Assembly (NCBI RefSeq): GCF_001194135.2
Contig: NC_069001.1
Span: 788,758-845,342, forward strand
Reading direction: 5' to 3'
Source of the DNA: Octopus bimaculoides
Lineage: Eukaryota
DNA: 56,585 nt
Part shown: one piece after another, positions 12,680 through 27,457 of the stretch
Position numbering within the stretch: the stretch's first letter is position 1
How the letters are laid out: each line of letters starts with the position of its first letter
Program-made: the position numbers and the translations under genes
The notes under the pieces: generated by a model
The model's input: only the letters and a program-made list of their open reading frames with translations
The model's database searches: none
Told to the model about the DNA's origin: nothing

Positions 12680-13186
12680 CTATAGGGTTTGTTTTGGAGC
12701 TAAAACACTTCCATGATTCTGTCTTAAATGGTTTTTGGTGATTCAATTTTTGAATTGATTGCCTGTGGAGTTTTAATTAGTTTTCAATATAATCAATATT
12801 TTGGAAAGACGTTTATCATCATCATCATCATCATCATCATCATAATGGTTTCAAATTTTGGCACAAAGCCAGCAAAAGATTTCAGCCAGACTGGGATTAT
12901 AGTAGATGGCATTTGCTCGATGGAATTGAACCTGAAACTATGTGGCTGAGAAGCAAACCACACAACCACATCTGTTTACTAAAACCAGCACAACAACAAG
13001 TCAGTGACTGGATATTATTATTATGGTGATGTTGACCAAGTGAAATCTCATTAATATTCATGATGTAATAATGAGATTTTGGAATCAGTTCTATGACACT
13101 TTTGGTAAAAGGCAGTTCCAGGCAGATTCCTGTGTAAAAGGGTTTAATGTCGATGGAATAAATGTATGAAAGATTAATGAACTTAC

Positions 13187-13281
13187 TTTCAACTCGATGC
13201 TTAGCTGCTTGTCCAAAGAGGCAAGGCGTTGGTCTGTGGGGGATTGTTCCTGCCCATCTTTTTCTGGTGACATCAGGCAAT
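13187..13281 (-). CDS. PKN: PKN exon: HR1a-HR1b linker and start of HR1b (95 nt, phase 1 to 0)
   Basis: Acceptor tttcataattccag|AT and donor GAAA|gtaagt. Encodes (D)CLMSPEKDGQEQSPTDQRLASLDKQLSIELK. Its phases bridge the flanking exons exactly, and it resembles the PKN motif RL--L-KQL-IELK. Confidence 0.95.
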
Positions 13282-14011
13282 CTGGAATTATGAAAAAAAA
13301 TAAATAAATAAATGAATAAAGAAATGAATAAATAAAATACTTATGGCAAATACATTTTGGGCAATATTTTAATTCCTCCTCCTCCTCCTCCTTTTAACAT
13401 ACGTCTCCAAGTTTGCCTGGGTCAGACGGAGATTATTGAGGCAAACTTTCTACAGACAAATGCCCTCTCTTCCTGTCACCAAGCCTCACCTGTTTAGAAG
13501 CAAGCTAATATTTCTCCATGGCCAGACGTAGTTCCTCAGAATATTAGAAATGAATGGCACAACCAATGTCACACGCACAAACAAATTTCAGTTTCCATTT
13601 ACCAAATCCACTCATAAAGTTTTGGTCAGTCAGGGGTTATAGTAGAAGACACTTTGCCCAAGGTGCAGTACAGTGGGACTGAACCCAGAACTATGTGGTT
13701 GGGAAGCAAACTTCTTAACCACACAGCCTGCACCTACTTAGTGACCACAAAATATAATCCAAGTTGGATTTTGGCCAGTGTCCAAAATGGCATAAAATGA
13801 ATATGCTGCCACTTGCTAAGAACAATCTCTCCAATGGACAAACACTTACTCTAATAATGGTAATTAAGACAATGTAACTATTATTATTATTACTTTCTGC
13901 ATGTAAATAAGTCATACATTTCAATGATAGAGGTGGCTGGCTTCGCATAGATTCTGTGCTGTGCCAAAGCTGATGATTTACACAATAGATATATATATAT
14001 ATATATATATT

Positions 14012-14188
14012 TCAAATCCCACCATAAAATATGACTTCACCTGTGCTTCGAAGAACTTAATCTATGTTCTCAAATGTGGAGGGTGTGGTGGGGACAACAT
14101 TGGTCAAACTAGCTCAACTTTGAGGGATAAACTTACGGTGCACTGGCAACAAATCCGGGACCCCGCCACTAGGAAAATTCCCGTAAGC
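14012..14188 (+). mobile_element. Penelope-like element fragment: GIY-YIG endonuclease domain
   Basis: Reads FTCASKNLIYVLKCGGCGGDNIGQTSSTLRDKLTVHWQQI, matching the PLE pattern C-S-N-IY---C--C---YIGQT---L--R---H. Truncated on both sides by microsatellites. Confidence 0.85.
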
Positions 14189-14408
14189 ATCATCATCATC
14201 ACCATTATTATTATTATTATTATCATTATTATTATTATTATCAAGGAGGTAGATGATTGAATTGGTAGAACAGTGGATTATTGCATTATGCTGATTCCCA
14301 CCCTGAGTTCAAACCCTGAGTCTATTTGGCCATTTATCTTTCCAAGGCTTACAAAATAAAACTTACTTTATAGAAAATATACAACAGTGATCTCCCTTGG
14401 GGTACCAA

Positions 14409-14498
<90 letters not shown>

Positions 14499-15645
14499 GA
14501 ATAAATAGTTCTGTGAAAAATATAACAAAAATACCAAGTATGACTCTCGGATGTACAAAGCAGATTAAATCTGTCGCAATTAAACTGGCCATAGCCAACC
14601 CAAATAGCCTACCAGTTTTATGGTCAAATCAGCCAGATCTGGCCTCTCACACTTATCCTGCAATGTTATTCTAAAAATAAACAGTCACATGATTAAAATC
14701 TCAAAGTTACAAGATAATGTCTGATTAATCCAAAATAATGCAAATAAATATTCAATGCATTTGACAGAATAAAATCTGAATTCTGGGGAGTTGAATAAGA
14801 ATCCATTCCTTTGTCGACTGAAACCCCCCCACCCCCACCTCCACCCATTACAGCAACATAAATAGGAAACCTTCAGCTGTTCCTTCTATGACCATATATG
14901 GTATGAGACAGAGTGACACATCAACTTAAGTCAAACTCACTGATTGATCTGACAACAGTGGATTAATTCAAAACTCTTGTTGTAGCTGATAATCACCATA
15001 GCAACTGTCTATTTATAATAATGAAATAAACAAATAAACAGAGGCAGACGGACGAGAGAAACTCAGCTGAAATACAGTTACGTAACAAGAACTGAATGGG
15101 GGGGCAGGGTGAAGGGTTAAAGAAGATCATTTTGGAATGGTGAGGTAGCAGGTTCAATTTCATTGCACAGCACACCTCTTACCTTCTCTTACAAGTGTTT
15201 TCTATACTACAGTGTAGGCCTGGCTGTGTGACTGAGAAGTTTGCCTCTCAATCACATGGTCTCAGGTTCAGTTCCACTGCATAGCACCTTGTGCAAGTCT
15301 GTCTGTATGTATGTATGTTCATATATGTGTGCGTTTAAGTGTGTATAGTTATCAATATCATATCCATTTCAAACGATTAAAACAGAAGCTTTCCACTGAG
15401 GAAAAAATTTCACTGCTATTTCTAGCAGATTGTCTAACTGCTTCGAGGCTTCCATGTTGGTTTGTAAAAGGTCAGATGGAGTTAAAAGTTTAAAAATCAC
15501 TTTAAAACACTTCATATTTATATGAAAGCTGGAGAAATTTAAAGCAAAATGTTTCTAACAACTGAAGGAGATGAAATCAACAGTTTTCAAATGTCAACAA
15601 TAATGAATATTGGTTAATTAGTATCACCATCATTATCATTACCAG

Positions 15646-15674
<29 letters not shown>

Positions 15675-15676
<2 letters not shown>

Positions 15677-15875
15677 GTGGTGAGCTAGAAGAACTGTTAG
15701 CATGCTGGGCAAAATGCTCAGCAGTATTTCGTTGGTCTTTATGTTCTGAGTTCAAATGCCACTGAGGTTGACTTTCCAGGGTCAATAAAATAAGTACCTG
15801 TTGAATACTGGGGTCGATGTGATTGACTCATCCCCTCCCCACAAATTGCTGCTCTTGTGGCAAAATTTGGAACCA
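15675..15875 (+). mobile_element. tRNA-type SINE (family B), representative copy
   Basis: Unit GAGCTAGAAGAACTGTTAGCA...GAGTTCAAAT...TACTGGGGTCGATGT...CAAAATTTGGAACC followed by (ATT)n. Copies near 15900, 18830, 20630, 24930, 30130, 37105, 39620, 39900, 48015 and 48250. Confidence 0.75.
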
Positions 15876-16733
15876 TTATTATTATTATTATTATTATTAG
15901 CATATTAGACAAAATGCTTAGCGACATTTCTTCCAGTTCTTTATATTCTAAGTTCAAATACCACCAAGGTCAACTTAGCCTTTCATCCTTCCAGGGTCGA
16001 TAAAGTAAAGTACCGATCAAGTACGGGGGGGAGGGTATCGGCTTCCTCCTTCCCCTCAAAATTACTGGCCCACATATGGAAAGTCAAGAGGTAGTGTAAA
16101 CATTTTTAATGTTAAGCCTTTTAAACAAAGTACTCGACATTTTGGAATAATTTCATAAAACTTGTAGTTTGTAAGGTTATGGGGGGGGGGGGCAATAAAA
16201 AAAATCACAAAAACAAAACAAAGTTTTCTAGTGAATGAAAACCAATTTCATTTCAATAAATATTGATTTCTTTCTGACACGAAATCAATATTTATTCCTA
16301 GATTTCGTTTTAATAATTAGGAAAGGGAGAAAATTTAGTAAGACGAAGGCAGAGATTGTTGTTGTTGCTGTTATCATAATCATCATCATCCTCATCATTA
16401 TCTAAAGACTTCTTTGCTATGCTTGCATGGGTCGGATGAAATCTGTTGAGGCAGATTTTCTCTGGTCAGATGCTCTTCCTGTGGCCAACCTTTAAAATAT
16501 TTACTCCATCGAGGGTAAACATGTTTTTTATTTTTATGGAAGATGATGATGATCATTTACAACTATCACATAATGTCATGGGTAACACACACCCATGCAG
16601 TTATCCAATCCATGCCAGCATGGAAAACAGGCATTAACTGATGATGATGATGATGATGATGATATATACATATATATGTGTATGCACACACATCACGCAC
16701 AAGTGTTTTCTGGGACAGGAGAATGTGAAGATG

Positions 16734-16771
<38 letters not shown>

Positions 16772-19571
16772 GCAAAGTAGAAACAGTACTGTACTGTATA
16801 TTTTTTTTAATTACCTTTATAATTTGTAAATATTTATTTTATTATAAATGCAAGACAACACCACGGAGGAATCAACGTAAGCCTAAATAATAAACCAGGA
16901 TATGGCGAGAGATTACTGTATTTATCTTTTGCTTGCTTGTCATTGGACTGTGGCCCTGCCTAGATTATGTCAATGCCTACATGGAAGGTAGTAGTAGGTG
17001 CAAGGCCCTCTGACCTAAATGCCAGCAACTGTTTCCGGATGTTCATAAGAGCTCATGTGCATTGAACTACTAGAGATTTACAGTTAGGCAAGAATTGCCA
17101 AAGATAACCATCCAGGAAATGGTTCATAAGATCTAAAGTGAAGGTCTTTCCGTAAATCAAAAAGTAAATAAGAAATGAAACAATGCATTCTTTGTTGTCT
17201 TCAGAATCACAAGACAGGAAATTGTTGAATCATCTTGTCAAACAACAAACATTTTAATAAATCAATGAGGTAGCCTAGCCTCTATATTCTCACTTCACTC
17301 GCTAGATATAACAGCCTATTTCCCTCTAAAACCATACTCGTCATTATCGTTATGTAATGTCTACTATTGCATGAGTCGCATGGAGTTTATTGAGCAAGAT
17401 TTTCTACAGTTTGATATTCATTTTGGTCACCAACCCTCATTTGTTTCCAACTAAGGTAATATTTCACCATATGGTCAAGAAGCTCATTTTGCAACCATGT
17501 GATTTTGGGTTCAGTTCCAGTGCATGGTACCTTGGGCAAATGTCTTCTGCTATATCCCCATGCTGACCAATGCCTCAAGAGAGAATTTGTGAGATGGAAA
17601 CTGTGTGGAAACCCATTATATATATATATATATNNNNNNNNNNNNNNNNNNNNNNNNNNNNNNNNNNNNNNNNNNNNNNNNNNNNNNNNNNNNNNNNNNN
17701 NNNNNNNNNNNNNNNNNNNNNNNNNNNNNNNNNNNNNNNNNNNNNNNNNNNNNNNNNNNNNNNNNNNNNNNNNNNNNNNNAGTGCCCCAACATGGCCGCT
17801 TGGGCAATGCTTTGAAACAAGTAAAAAATTGGAGATGTGTTCCTGCTGAGAATCAGGGCAGAACAATATAATTATTTAGATGAAAATTTATGATTCTAAA
17901 TTAAATCGATACTTTCCACAGAAATACCATCTCCGTTACAAAACTAAGAACTTCAACAATCTATTAAATGCCATTGTGACTCACTACAAAAATTCAAAAA
18001 TGAATTTAATTCAATTTCACACCACAGAAAATGGCAGCCACACAGACAGAATATATGGGCGTTTTTACAAGAATCTGAATAACAAGGAGCTTTTGGGTTT
18101 TTTTTTTTTTTTCTTTTAATCATAAAATGGAAGAGCAAAGAAGATAAAACAGTGAAAAATTACAAAAAAACCCCTCACTTATTAATAGAATACCTTAATC
18201 TGAAAATGTTATCAAATATAGCTTATAGACTCACTTCTACAAAGTAAGAGCAATGGAGAAGACAAGAACAGCAGTCATCTGCATTTTAATCTATTCTTAG
18301 TAAATTTATGTTAATCCTCTGTTAAGTCTTCTAGTACATTCCAAAGTATGTCTCACAATGGTGCCAATGCAAAGCCGATGTATTTTAGGAATATTAAGCA
18401 TGAGATTTATTTTGTTAATGAAACTCTTGACAACCTAATTATACAGTGGATATTGGGTAGAGGGGAGGTTAGGATTGGTGTGCTAGATCCTTGGAGGTTG
18501 TAAGGGTCGGCTAAAAGGACCTGACAATAGCATCTGACAGAAAAAAAAACATTGCCTCAATAAAGTGGGGGAGAAAAAAGAAAACTATTGAGTATGAAAT
18601 CAGATGGGGCTCCCCACATTTAGTTCTTGAGACAACCAAGCACTAACAACGGAATCTGTAGGATGTTGCTCGACATGTTAAAAACAACAGCTAAACTTCT
18701 AAGAAATATAAACATACCATCTTACGAAGGAAACATGTAAACATTAGATTGTAGGACTCATTGGTAAACTATGCCTCTGGAAAAGAGGACAGAATTATCA
18801 ATGCACATACACTTATGATTATAGGTCCGCAAGCTGGCAGAATTGTTAGCATATCGGACAAACATTCTGAGCAGCATTTCATGTGACTCATTACATTCTG
18901 AGTTCAAATTCTGTCAAGATCAAATTTGCCTTCCATCTGTTTTTTTTTGGGGGGGGGGGGGTGATAAAATAAGTAGCAGTTGAGCACTGGGGTTGATGTA
19001 ATTGCTTGTCCCCCCTCCCATTCCTTCGAGATTGCTTGCTTGGAGCCAGAATTAAAAAGAAAACTTATAGGTCAGCTCAATCAGGGCTATCTGACCCAGG
19101 GCTATAAACATTACCAACACCACCACCACCCACAGCAACAACAAGCAAGAATTTATGTACATCAGTTTGTTTATGCTAGTCTATACTGGGGACTCTCTTT
19201 GATTCAATAAATCTGACATTCAAAAAAAACAAAACAAAACAAAAGGACATCAATCTGACGTAAGAGCAGCTGGTGCATCATTCTGCAGAGTAGATGCATT
19301 CTTCTGCAAAGCATAACTGAGCATTACTGCAGAATATTGAATCAGTTTCTGAGAAAGAAAGAAAAAGAAGTGGGAGGGGATCTCCCCCACCCCAAAAGGA
19401 ACAAGAAATGTTGAAGTAAGAGAAGCTACAAACAACATCGTTACACGGTTATTATTATTATTAGATAGAAAGAAAGGAACACAACTCTAAATATAGAGCA
19501 GCAGCAGCTTTATAGAGAATAAGCAAGCAGCAAGACACACCCAATAACAGAATTCTGTCAGTCAGGATTTC

Positions 19572-19604
<33 letters not shown>

Positions 19605-19739
19605 CATATATATATTTCTTTTCTAAGTTAATACAGTATTTGTTAAAACCTGTCCTTCTTGTGTTGTCTTTCACTTTATGCCGATTACTTACACACACAC
19701 ACACACACACATATATATCATCATCATCATCATCATCTG

Positions 19740-19960
19740 TCATCTATGCTGCCATGGGTGGGATGGTTTGACCAGGGCTGGCCAGCTGGAAGGCTGCACC
19801 AGACTCCAGTCTGATTTGGCATGGTTTCTACAGCTGGATGCCCTTCCTAATGCCATCCACTCTGAGAGTGTAACGGGTGCTTTTACCTGCCACGGGTACC
19901 ATTTGCAGAACACCAGTATCTGCCACGACTGCAATTTTACTTGGCTTGATGGGTCTTCTA
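19740..19960 (+). mobile_element. Interspersed repeat (family C), usually attached to (CAT)n/(GAT)n tracts
   Basis: Core CATGGGTTGGA...GCTGGATGCCCTTCCTAA recurs near 2735, 29400, 49560 and 54925, and reversed near 3050, 7480, 8575, 20440, 33860 and 46830. Class not determined. Confidence 0.7.
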
Positions 19961-22061
19961 CTCAAGCACGATACAATGCCAAGATCTTGGTCATCCATCA
20001 TTGCCCCCCCCCCCCGTGAGGCAGCAGCTACTATCCATATCCTAGTGGCTAAAAAGCGTCAGCAGAAGGGCACTAAAGAGTCACAACCTTGAAGCAGTCC
20101 AGTAAGAAGTACCAAAACACTTGCCTAAGGGAGCCTTTTCTCTGAAGACTTTTTGCTCTCTTGAGCGTTTCTTACCACTGTATTCATGTATGTTGGCCAA
20201 AGGCACAAGTATGGTTGTATGCCAAGAAGTCTGATTCCTAGCCACATGGTAGTGGATTCAATCCTACTGTGCAGCACCTCAGGCAAATGTCTTCTATTCT
20301 AGCCCTGGGCTGACCAAAGCCTGGGAGTGGATTTCAAAAGCAGAAACTGAAAGAAGCCTTTTGTTTGTGTTTGAAAGAGAGACAGAGAGAGACGGACAGA
20401 CAGAGCACATCTTCACATCAGGTGGAAGTTGTAAATGAGTGTCACTGCCATACAAGCAGTGCCATTCCTTTCAAATCTTCAGTGACAATCTGCTGGCCAC
20501 AAGGAAACATCTTATTTGGAAAGAGTTGAGGGTTGGTGACTGGAAGCTCAACTGGCTACAGAAAATCTGCTTCAATAAACTCCACCTGACTCATACAAGC
20601 ATGGCAAAGTGGATGTTAGATGATGACCATCAAGGGTTTCATCCTTTCGGGGTCGTTAAAAACACCAGTCAATATATTCAATCATCTCCTTCCCCTAAAA
20701 TTGCTGGCATTGGGCCAAAATTTGAAACCATTATCATCATCATCATCATCATTTTATCATTTTGTGTATAGTAAATCTACCCATTGGTTCTTTTTAGTTA
20801 TCTCCCTTACTTAGCTCGTTTTATTTATTTTTAATTACATTCATTATATGTAAGTGTATGTCCTTTCAACTTTTAGCGTGTGTGTGTTTGTGTGTGTGTG
20901 CGCACACATGTGCATGCATGCGTGTAAGTTATTTTTACATTAGTAAAAAAGGAAAATGTATTCTCCACCCATAACTGAATTTGTTTGCGTAATATATGAG
21001 AGTGTGGGGCAGAGGGGTTTTGGAAAAAAAAGGAGAGGGTAAGAAGAAAAGGATGTGAGAGAGGAAGGGTGGTAGTGAAAAGTGGTCGAGGGAGGGAGAG
21101 AGGTTGAAAAAGAAAAAGAGAGAAATTGAATTTGATACTGTTTGCAGAAAAAGAAAAAGAAATCTTTACATCTTAAGAACAAGAAGGATGGCTGCCAATT
21201 AGACACGCTTGTACATGTTTACAATGAGCGAAAGCTTGGCAGTGAGGAGGGGCAAGTGTGTAATTCCTGTTTCAAGAACAATGTGTTGACATGGGATGGC
21301 GGTATTCCTCGAAATAACCCCCACCCTACAGCCCACCTCACCCTGTCATCAAATTGTTTTGTTTCCTTGCTCTTGAAGAGTAGAATAGGCAGGAAAAACA
21401 AAAAAGGACAAACAGGCATCATTCTAAGAGTTAACTGAGGCTGTCTCTCATGTCAATTGATTTGCTAGCAATAGCAGTCAAATTTCATTCAAATCACTCT
21501 GAGACAGTACATTAGGTAATGTAGTTGTTGTCTAAAAAGGCGAGAGGGCACAACAGATAAAGTAGTCCTAGATACACTTAGACTTAGGTCAGTCATGAGC
21601 CCAAGGACTCGTGAGCCTGAAAGTTAACCCAGCTTCCCTGTCATATAAATGCCTGAGATGACAACGTTCCCCTCCTGAATGGGATGCCAGTCCATCACAG
21701 AGTTAACTTCCCAGATATTGCTTATAACTCGTTTAATATTTGAGTGGACTGGATTTAGCGTGAAATGAAGTGTTTTGCTCAAGAATATAAAACACTGCCC
21801 AGTTCAGGAAACAAAACCACAAGCTTACAACCCTAGGCTAAGTGCCTTCACAGTGCCTGAGAAAAAAATAGATGGGTTGAGCACATCAGGAACAGCTTCA
21901 ATTACACAGCAGCTAAATCAGTATTGGCTGGATCTATATTGGAAACATTTTGAATAAAGTATCTTTGCTTTCCTTTTGAATACACCATGAACATGAAATT
22001 TTGAGGGATAGTTTTATTTCAGTCCCTTTGAAAGAGAACTAGGATTGGTCTTGGGTTAAAG

Positions 22062-22337
22062 CAGTGGTTCTCAACAGAGGTCCACATGACTCTTGAAGGG
22101 GATTCACATGACTCTTGGAGGAGGTCTACAGAAAATTTTGCGGTTAAAATTTGTCCAATAAATTGAATATACTTCTACAATACACAAAATATTTTAATCT
22201 TTATATAAAATTCCAACAAATATTTAATTTTTAAAATATACTAGGATGTTTTTAAGCATTGAATGACTATGGGGGTCCAGTGGAGTAAAATAAGGGTCAA
22301 TGTGGGTCCATAGGAAGGAAATGGTTGAAGAATTTTG
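22062..22337. mobile_element. hAT (Charlie-like) non-autonomous element
   Basis: Left end CAGTGGTTCTCAAC, degenerate right end GGTTGAAGAATTTTG, and imperfect 8-bp flanks GGTTAAAG/GGTTGAAA. Confidence 0.6.
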
Positions 22338-22550
22338 GGTTGAAAGAAGTCTGTGACTAAAATTGGACTCAAGAGCCAGGAATGGAAACAAAAGAGTAAA
22401 TGACACACACATGGCTAAGGTGCACATGTGGCCATGTGGTTATGAACTTTCCTTCTTAACCACATGGTTTCAGGTTCAATCCTACTGCATAGCACCCTAG
22501 GCAAATACACAGACATGCACACACACATATATATATAAATAGAGAGAGAT

Positions 22551-22593
<43 letters not shown>

Positions 22594-22899
22594 CATAAGG
22601 AAATGGCACAACACTCGTTTGGATAGTTTGTAACAACACTTTGATATCAACTCCATCAATCTCACCAGGCTTGGAAGAGGAGGAGGCCCTGTAAAGGTCA
22701 GAACAGGCACTTCCCCCTCCTTCTTCCCCACCCCCCGAATAAAAAATAAAAATAAAAGAAAAGTAACTATAAATATTTAGACAATTCAGACAAGGAAATA
22801 AAAAGATAAAATAAAATGAAATAAAAATGAAATAATAAAAAATAAAAACTAGGTTAATGAAGTGGAAATAACAGGCAACCACTTTGCAGAGGTAAACAA

Positions 22900-23118
<219 letters not shown>

Positions 23119-26100
23119 AGAGACAGACATGTTTTAAGTTCCTTTTTTGCAGACTCCACACTATAGAGGGCTTCTATGTGCTCATTCACGACCTGCTAGA
23201 AATAGCAGTCGTATTTCCTAAAAACCACAATTTACTACAGCCACAAGGAACTTTTTTCGAGAAGCGGGCCATAAGGGACATGACTGCGCTACTAAAAAGA
23301 TTTGAGGTAATTTTTCATTTAGGGTTACGCATGCCATTCAGGAAGAAGTGCCATGGACCACGGTTTGCCCATGACCAATCTTATTGGAAGCACTGTGCCC
23401 AGAGTGAAGGGGGAGGGAGAAAACAGGATGGTAATTGTTAGACTGTCTCTGATCATAAGGGAAGCTAGTTGATCAGGACTGACCTGGGGCTATAAAACAA
23501 CACCAATAACAAGCGACAGCCTGGGTCAAAAGGGAGTGCCTACAACAGTCTTTCTCAACCTTGTTTTTCACCCTGCTGCCCTACTTTGGCTTAAAAAGAA
23601 AGAAAAACCCACATCAGATCAAAGGGATTACACACTCCTCAAATCTGTAATCTCTATGTATTTTGCATAAATTTACATATTTACGTATTAATGTCAGACA
23701 CTCCAAACAAAGTTCTCTTGAACACATCTGTGTATTGCAATTATCAACATCTTTTATGCATGTGCAGGGCCTGGCCATCAGTCACGACAACCAGTGTTCC
23801 AGCTGACCTGTCCAGCATGGGAGGAAGCCCTACCAGGAATTGTGCACCATTGGCACAGCTATCAAGGCCATTGTGACACATGTTCCACCACACTACAACA
23901 AAGCCTGGAATTTACAGTGGATCCAAGCTGCCAGTGAGGAACCGATGTACACTCATACATTCTTAAACACTGATTTTCCTGAGTCTTCTTTGGCAAGTCT
24001 AGCAAAGTCTACATATCACTGATGAGGTCATAGACGAAAATGGCAACAGGTTACAGAGTTGTCTCCCCAGCAAAAATCTTCAAATACCATTCGTCAATGA
24101 CTAACTTTTTTTCCATTTTTATCATCCTCACTGCACAATCATTTTTTTAGTTATGTTTCTTTATATTTCCTACATTAAACATACTTTCCTTCCCACACAT
24201 AATACATCATCAAGAAATAAAAAGCAGAGAAATATAGCAGTTGCTGAGGTCTTTTTTTCCTCATCATTTTTTCCAGAAAATCCCGCATCCCACACCGACT
24301 CCACCACCACCACACCTTCAAGTCTCCGCCTATCGTCTTATCTAATTTCCATCTGCCAAGGGGAAACATAATATCTATATTAACAAGCAAACTCAATGTA
24401 AACATAATTTTTCCCAATTTTGTTATCGTAAAAAACAAAATAACATCAAAAAACCCCAAATGGTTCTCAGACCAGTGTTTTGGTTTGTTGTCAATGCCAT
24501 GCCATCATTTTCAGCCCTGCCTCCATACTCCACCACCACCATCATCACCTCGCCCTTTCTGCCTATGACTATAATCTTAAAGCATATTGGTAATTCTTCC
24601 TTCTTCTCATAACTTTATGAGAAAATATTTTTTAAAACATGGAATGAGTTTATCATAGTACTTTCTCATTTGTTATGTAAATGCTGTTAATGTTGATGTT
24701 ATCATTAAAAAAATTTAAGGAAAAAAAAAAAACTGATGAAACTTAAAAAAAAAAATCTAACTTCCTGTATGAATTTTTTGAGGGTTAGGTTTGCATTCTG
24801 GCGAATACAGTAATACATCAACAAAGTATGATAAGGTTAATAAATAATTAACACAGGCAGTTTTGTTTTTATGGGGGAGGGAGTGGAGTTGCAGACCAAT
24901 ATGGTCAATTTTGAATGATAGAAGACTAAGAACCCTCTTTTGAACCCTCTGGTGTGTGTGAGAAAGAGTAAGGATAATTTGCTACAGTACCTAACTGGTA
25001 ATTTGTTTATCAATCCCAAAAAGATAAAGGGCAAACTTGACCTTAGTGGAATTTGAACTTGTGCAGGGAGGTGCAACAAATACCACATTAGCATTCTATA
25101 TGATGCTCTAATGATTCCACCAATTTCCTATTTTGCTACAGATGGATTATTCGATTTGAACAGAGAAAAAAATAAGTCAGTGGAACCCTGCAATAAGATT
25201 TTAACTCTTTAGACATCAACCCACCTGATAGAAACACCCTCACCCACCCTTGTACAGCTTACCTGTATTAAAGTGATGTAAATTAAAACCTTTCTGCAAA
25301 ATTTCATGTTGTTAATTTATGTTGCAAACAACAGCTTAGTAAACCAAGTCATTTTACTAAATTCTTCATTATTTTCAAAACTAATTAATAAAACAAAAGC
25401 AATGTGTTTCAACAGAAATACGGTAACAAAACGATTAAAGTGATCTCAATTGAAAGCTTCCATCAAAATTTCACAATTTATGTTCCAAACACCAGCTTCA
25501 TAACGACTAATTTATTTTTCTAAATTCTTTATTAATTTCAAAATTAATTGAAACCAACAGCGCATTTAAGTAAAAATAATATGTTAACAAAAGCATAAGT
25601 TTATACTTTGCAAAATAAAAATAAAAAATATTATTACAAAAAAAAAAGTGCACTTGATAATTACCACTTAAGTGCACTTTCTTTGATCTTAATCTTCCTC
25701 GTTTGGTAAATATCATATTCTGGAAATTGATCAAAACAACCAAGAACAAAATTGTTGAATGTTGGTAACCTTAGAACTGCAGTAAAAAAAAAAAAAAATC
25801 TTCAAAGTGCTAAATAATTTACAAACCCAACTCTTTGAGAAGCTAATTCAGAAATCATTTTGGTAACTCAATCACCCAAATACATTTAAACTAACAGCAA
25901 TAACTAAGTCTAGCTTATGAAAACATATTCAGTCACCTTGAAGAGAAATTTTAGAGTCAAATTATTTGGATGGGAAATGTACTTTGTTTCATAAACAAAA
26001 TCTATTTGCTAACTTACCAACAAGTATTGGCCTCACACGCTTCTAAAATGGGTTTCCACAGTTTCTGCCTACCAAATCCACTCATTAGGCTTTGGTCAGC

Positions 26101-27420
26101 CTGGGGTTATAGTAGAAGACATGCACCCAGGGTGCCATACAGTGGAATTGAACTTAAAAGCATCTGGTTGGAAAGCAAACATCTTGTCCCACAGCCACAC
26201 CTGGGCCTAGTATAGATAAATAAACTCTAACAGTTCAGTAAAGCATAAACTGTGGTAATTAAAATATCATCAATTAATCCTATTGAAGATTGAATCAATG
26301 CTGGAGCCTCTACATCAGTAGGTCCTCAATCAGGGGTCAGATAAATCAACTCTAGGATGTTTTTCTTTAAAGTTGAGTATTTTTCCATCATTCTCTTTTG
26401 CCAAACTGATAAGTTACAGGACATAAACAAACCAACACTGGTTGTCAAGCAGTGGGACACAAAGACAGACACATACGTATACATGACAAGCTTCCACACA
26501 GTTTCCATCAACCAAATTCACTCACAAAGCATTGGTCAGCCCAGAGCTACAGAAGACAGAATGCAAAACACTGTGGCAGAAAAGTAAGCTTTTTAACCTC
26601 TAAAAAAAAGGAGGGGGGGAAAGAGACAAAACTAAAGAAGAGACATTCCGAAAATATAGTACTGGATAGATGGAATGGTCACAGATGGAAAAACCTTTGA
26701 TCATAGACACACTTCATCTGAGAATTCAACAACGACAACAACATTAAAATTGAGATCAATACCTTTTCTTTTTGCTCTAACATCCATTTTCCATGGTGCC
26801 ATAAACTAAGGATTATACACAATCACGTTTTCACACTCCGCAATGGCTGTTAGCGGTCCAGCTTTGTAAGGCAGAGAATGGGGGAGTGGTGGTGGTGGTG
26901 GTGGTGGTGGGGTTTGCTGACACAAACCGACCAATCATAAGAGTCGGTGTGTGACAGAACAATGCCTTGGAAAAATACCCCACTGGAATAAAGACAGCAA
27001 TTTACTCCTGTACAATAGCAATTAAAAGCAAAAACCAGAATAACCTTGGTGTGAAATTAAATAAATAAGTGGAATTATAAAGAATAGATCTAAACAATAT
27101 CCAAAAGTAGATTTGCATATGAAATCCAAAACATGAAAAGAAGCAAAGAGAGCCACCATATTTAATGGTGGTTAATAAGGGGGTGGATGTATGGCTGTGT
27201 GGTTATGGTGAAGCAGCTCACTTTTCAGCCATGTGGTTTCAAGTTCGGTCACAGTGTGCAGCACCTTGGACAAGTGTCATCTACTATAGCCCGAAGCCAA
27301 CCAATGCCATGTGAGTGAATGAGGTAGATGGAAACTGTGTGGAAGCCCAGTGTGTGTGGGAGGTGAGGGTTAGTCCACATTGCTTCATAAGGAGTATAAA
27401 GCCAGTTTCTCTGTCTCACT

Positions 27421-27457
<37 letters not shown>

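Noticed and set aside
24018-24050. CTGATGA-GGTC-ATA-GAC-GAAA, a hammerhead core look-alike
   Set aside because: The core and a short stem II are present, but I cannot form stem III with a UH site or a stem I partner. At best it is a decayed relic.
25645-25680. Short inverted repeats (11 bp here, 10 bp at 36065-36091)
   Set aside because: They are too short and low in complexity to stand out in AT-rich DNA.
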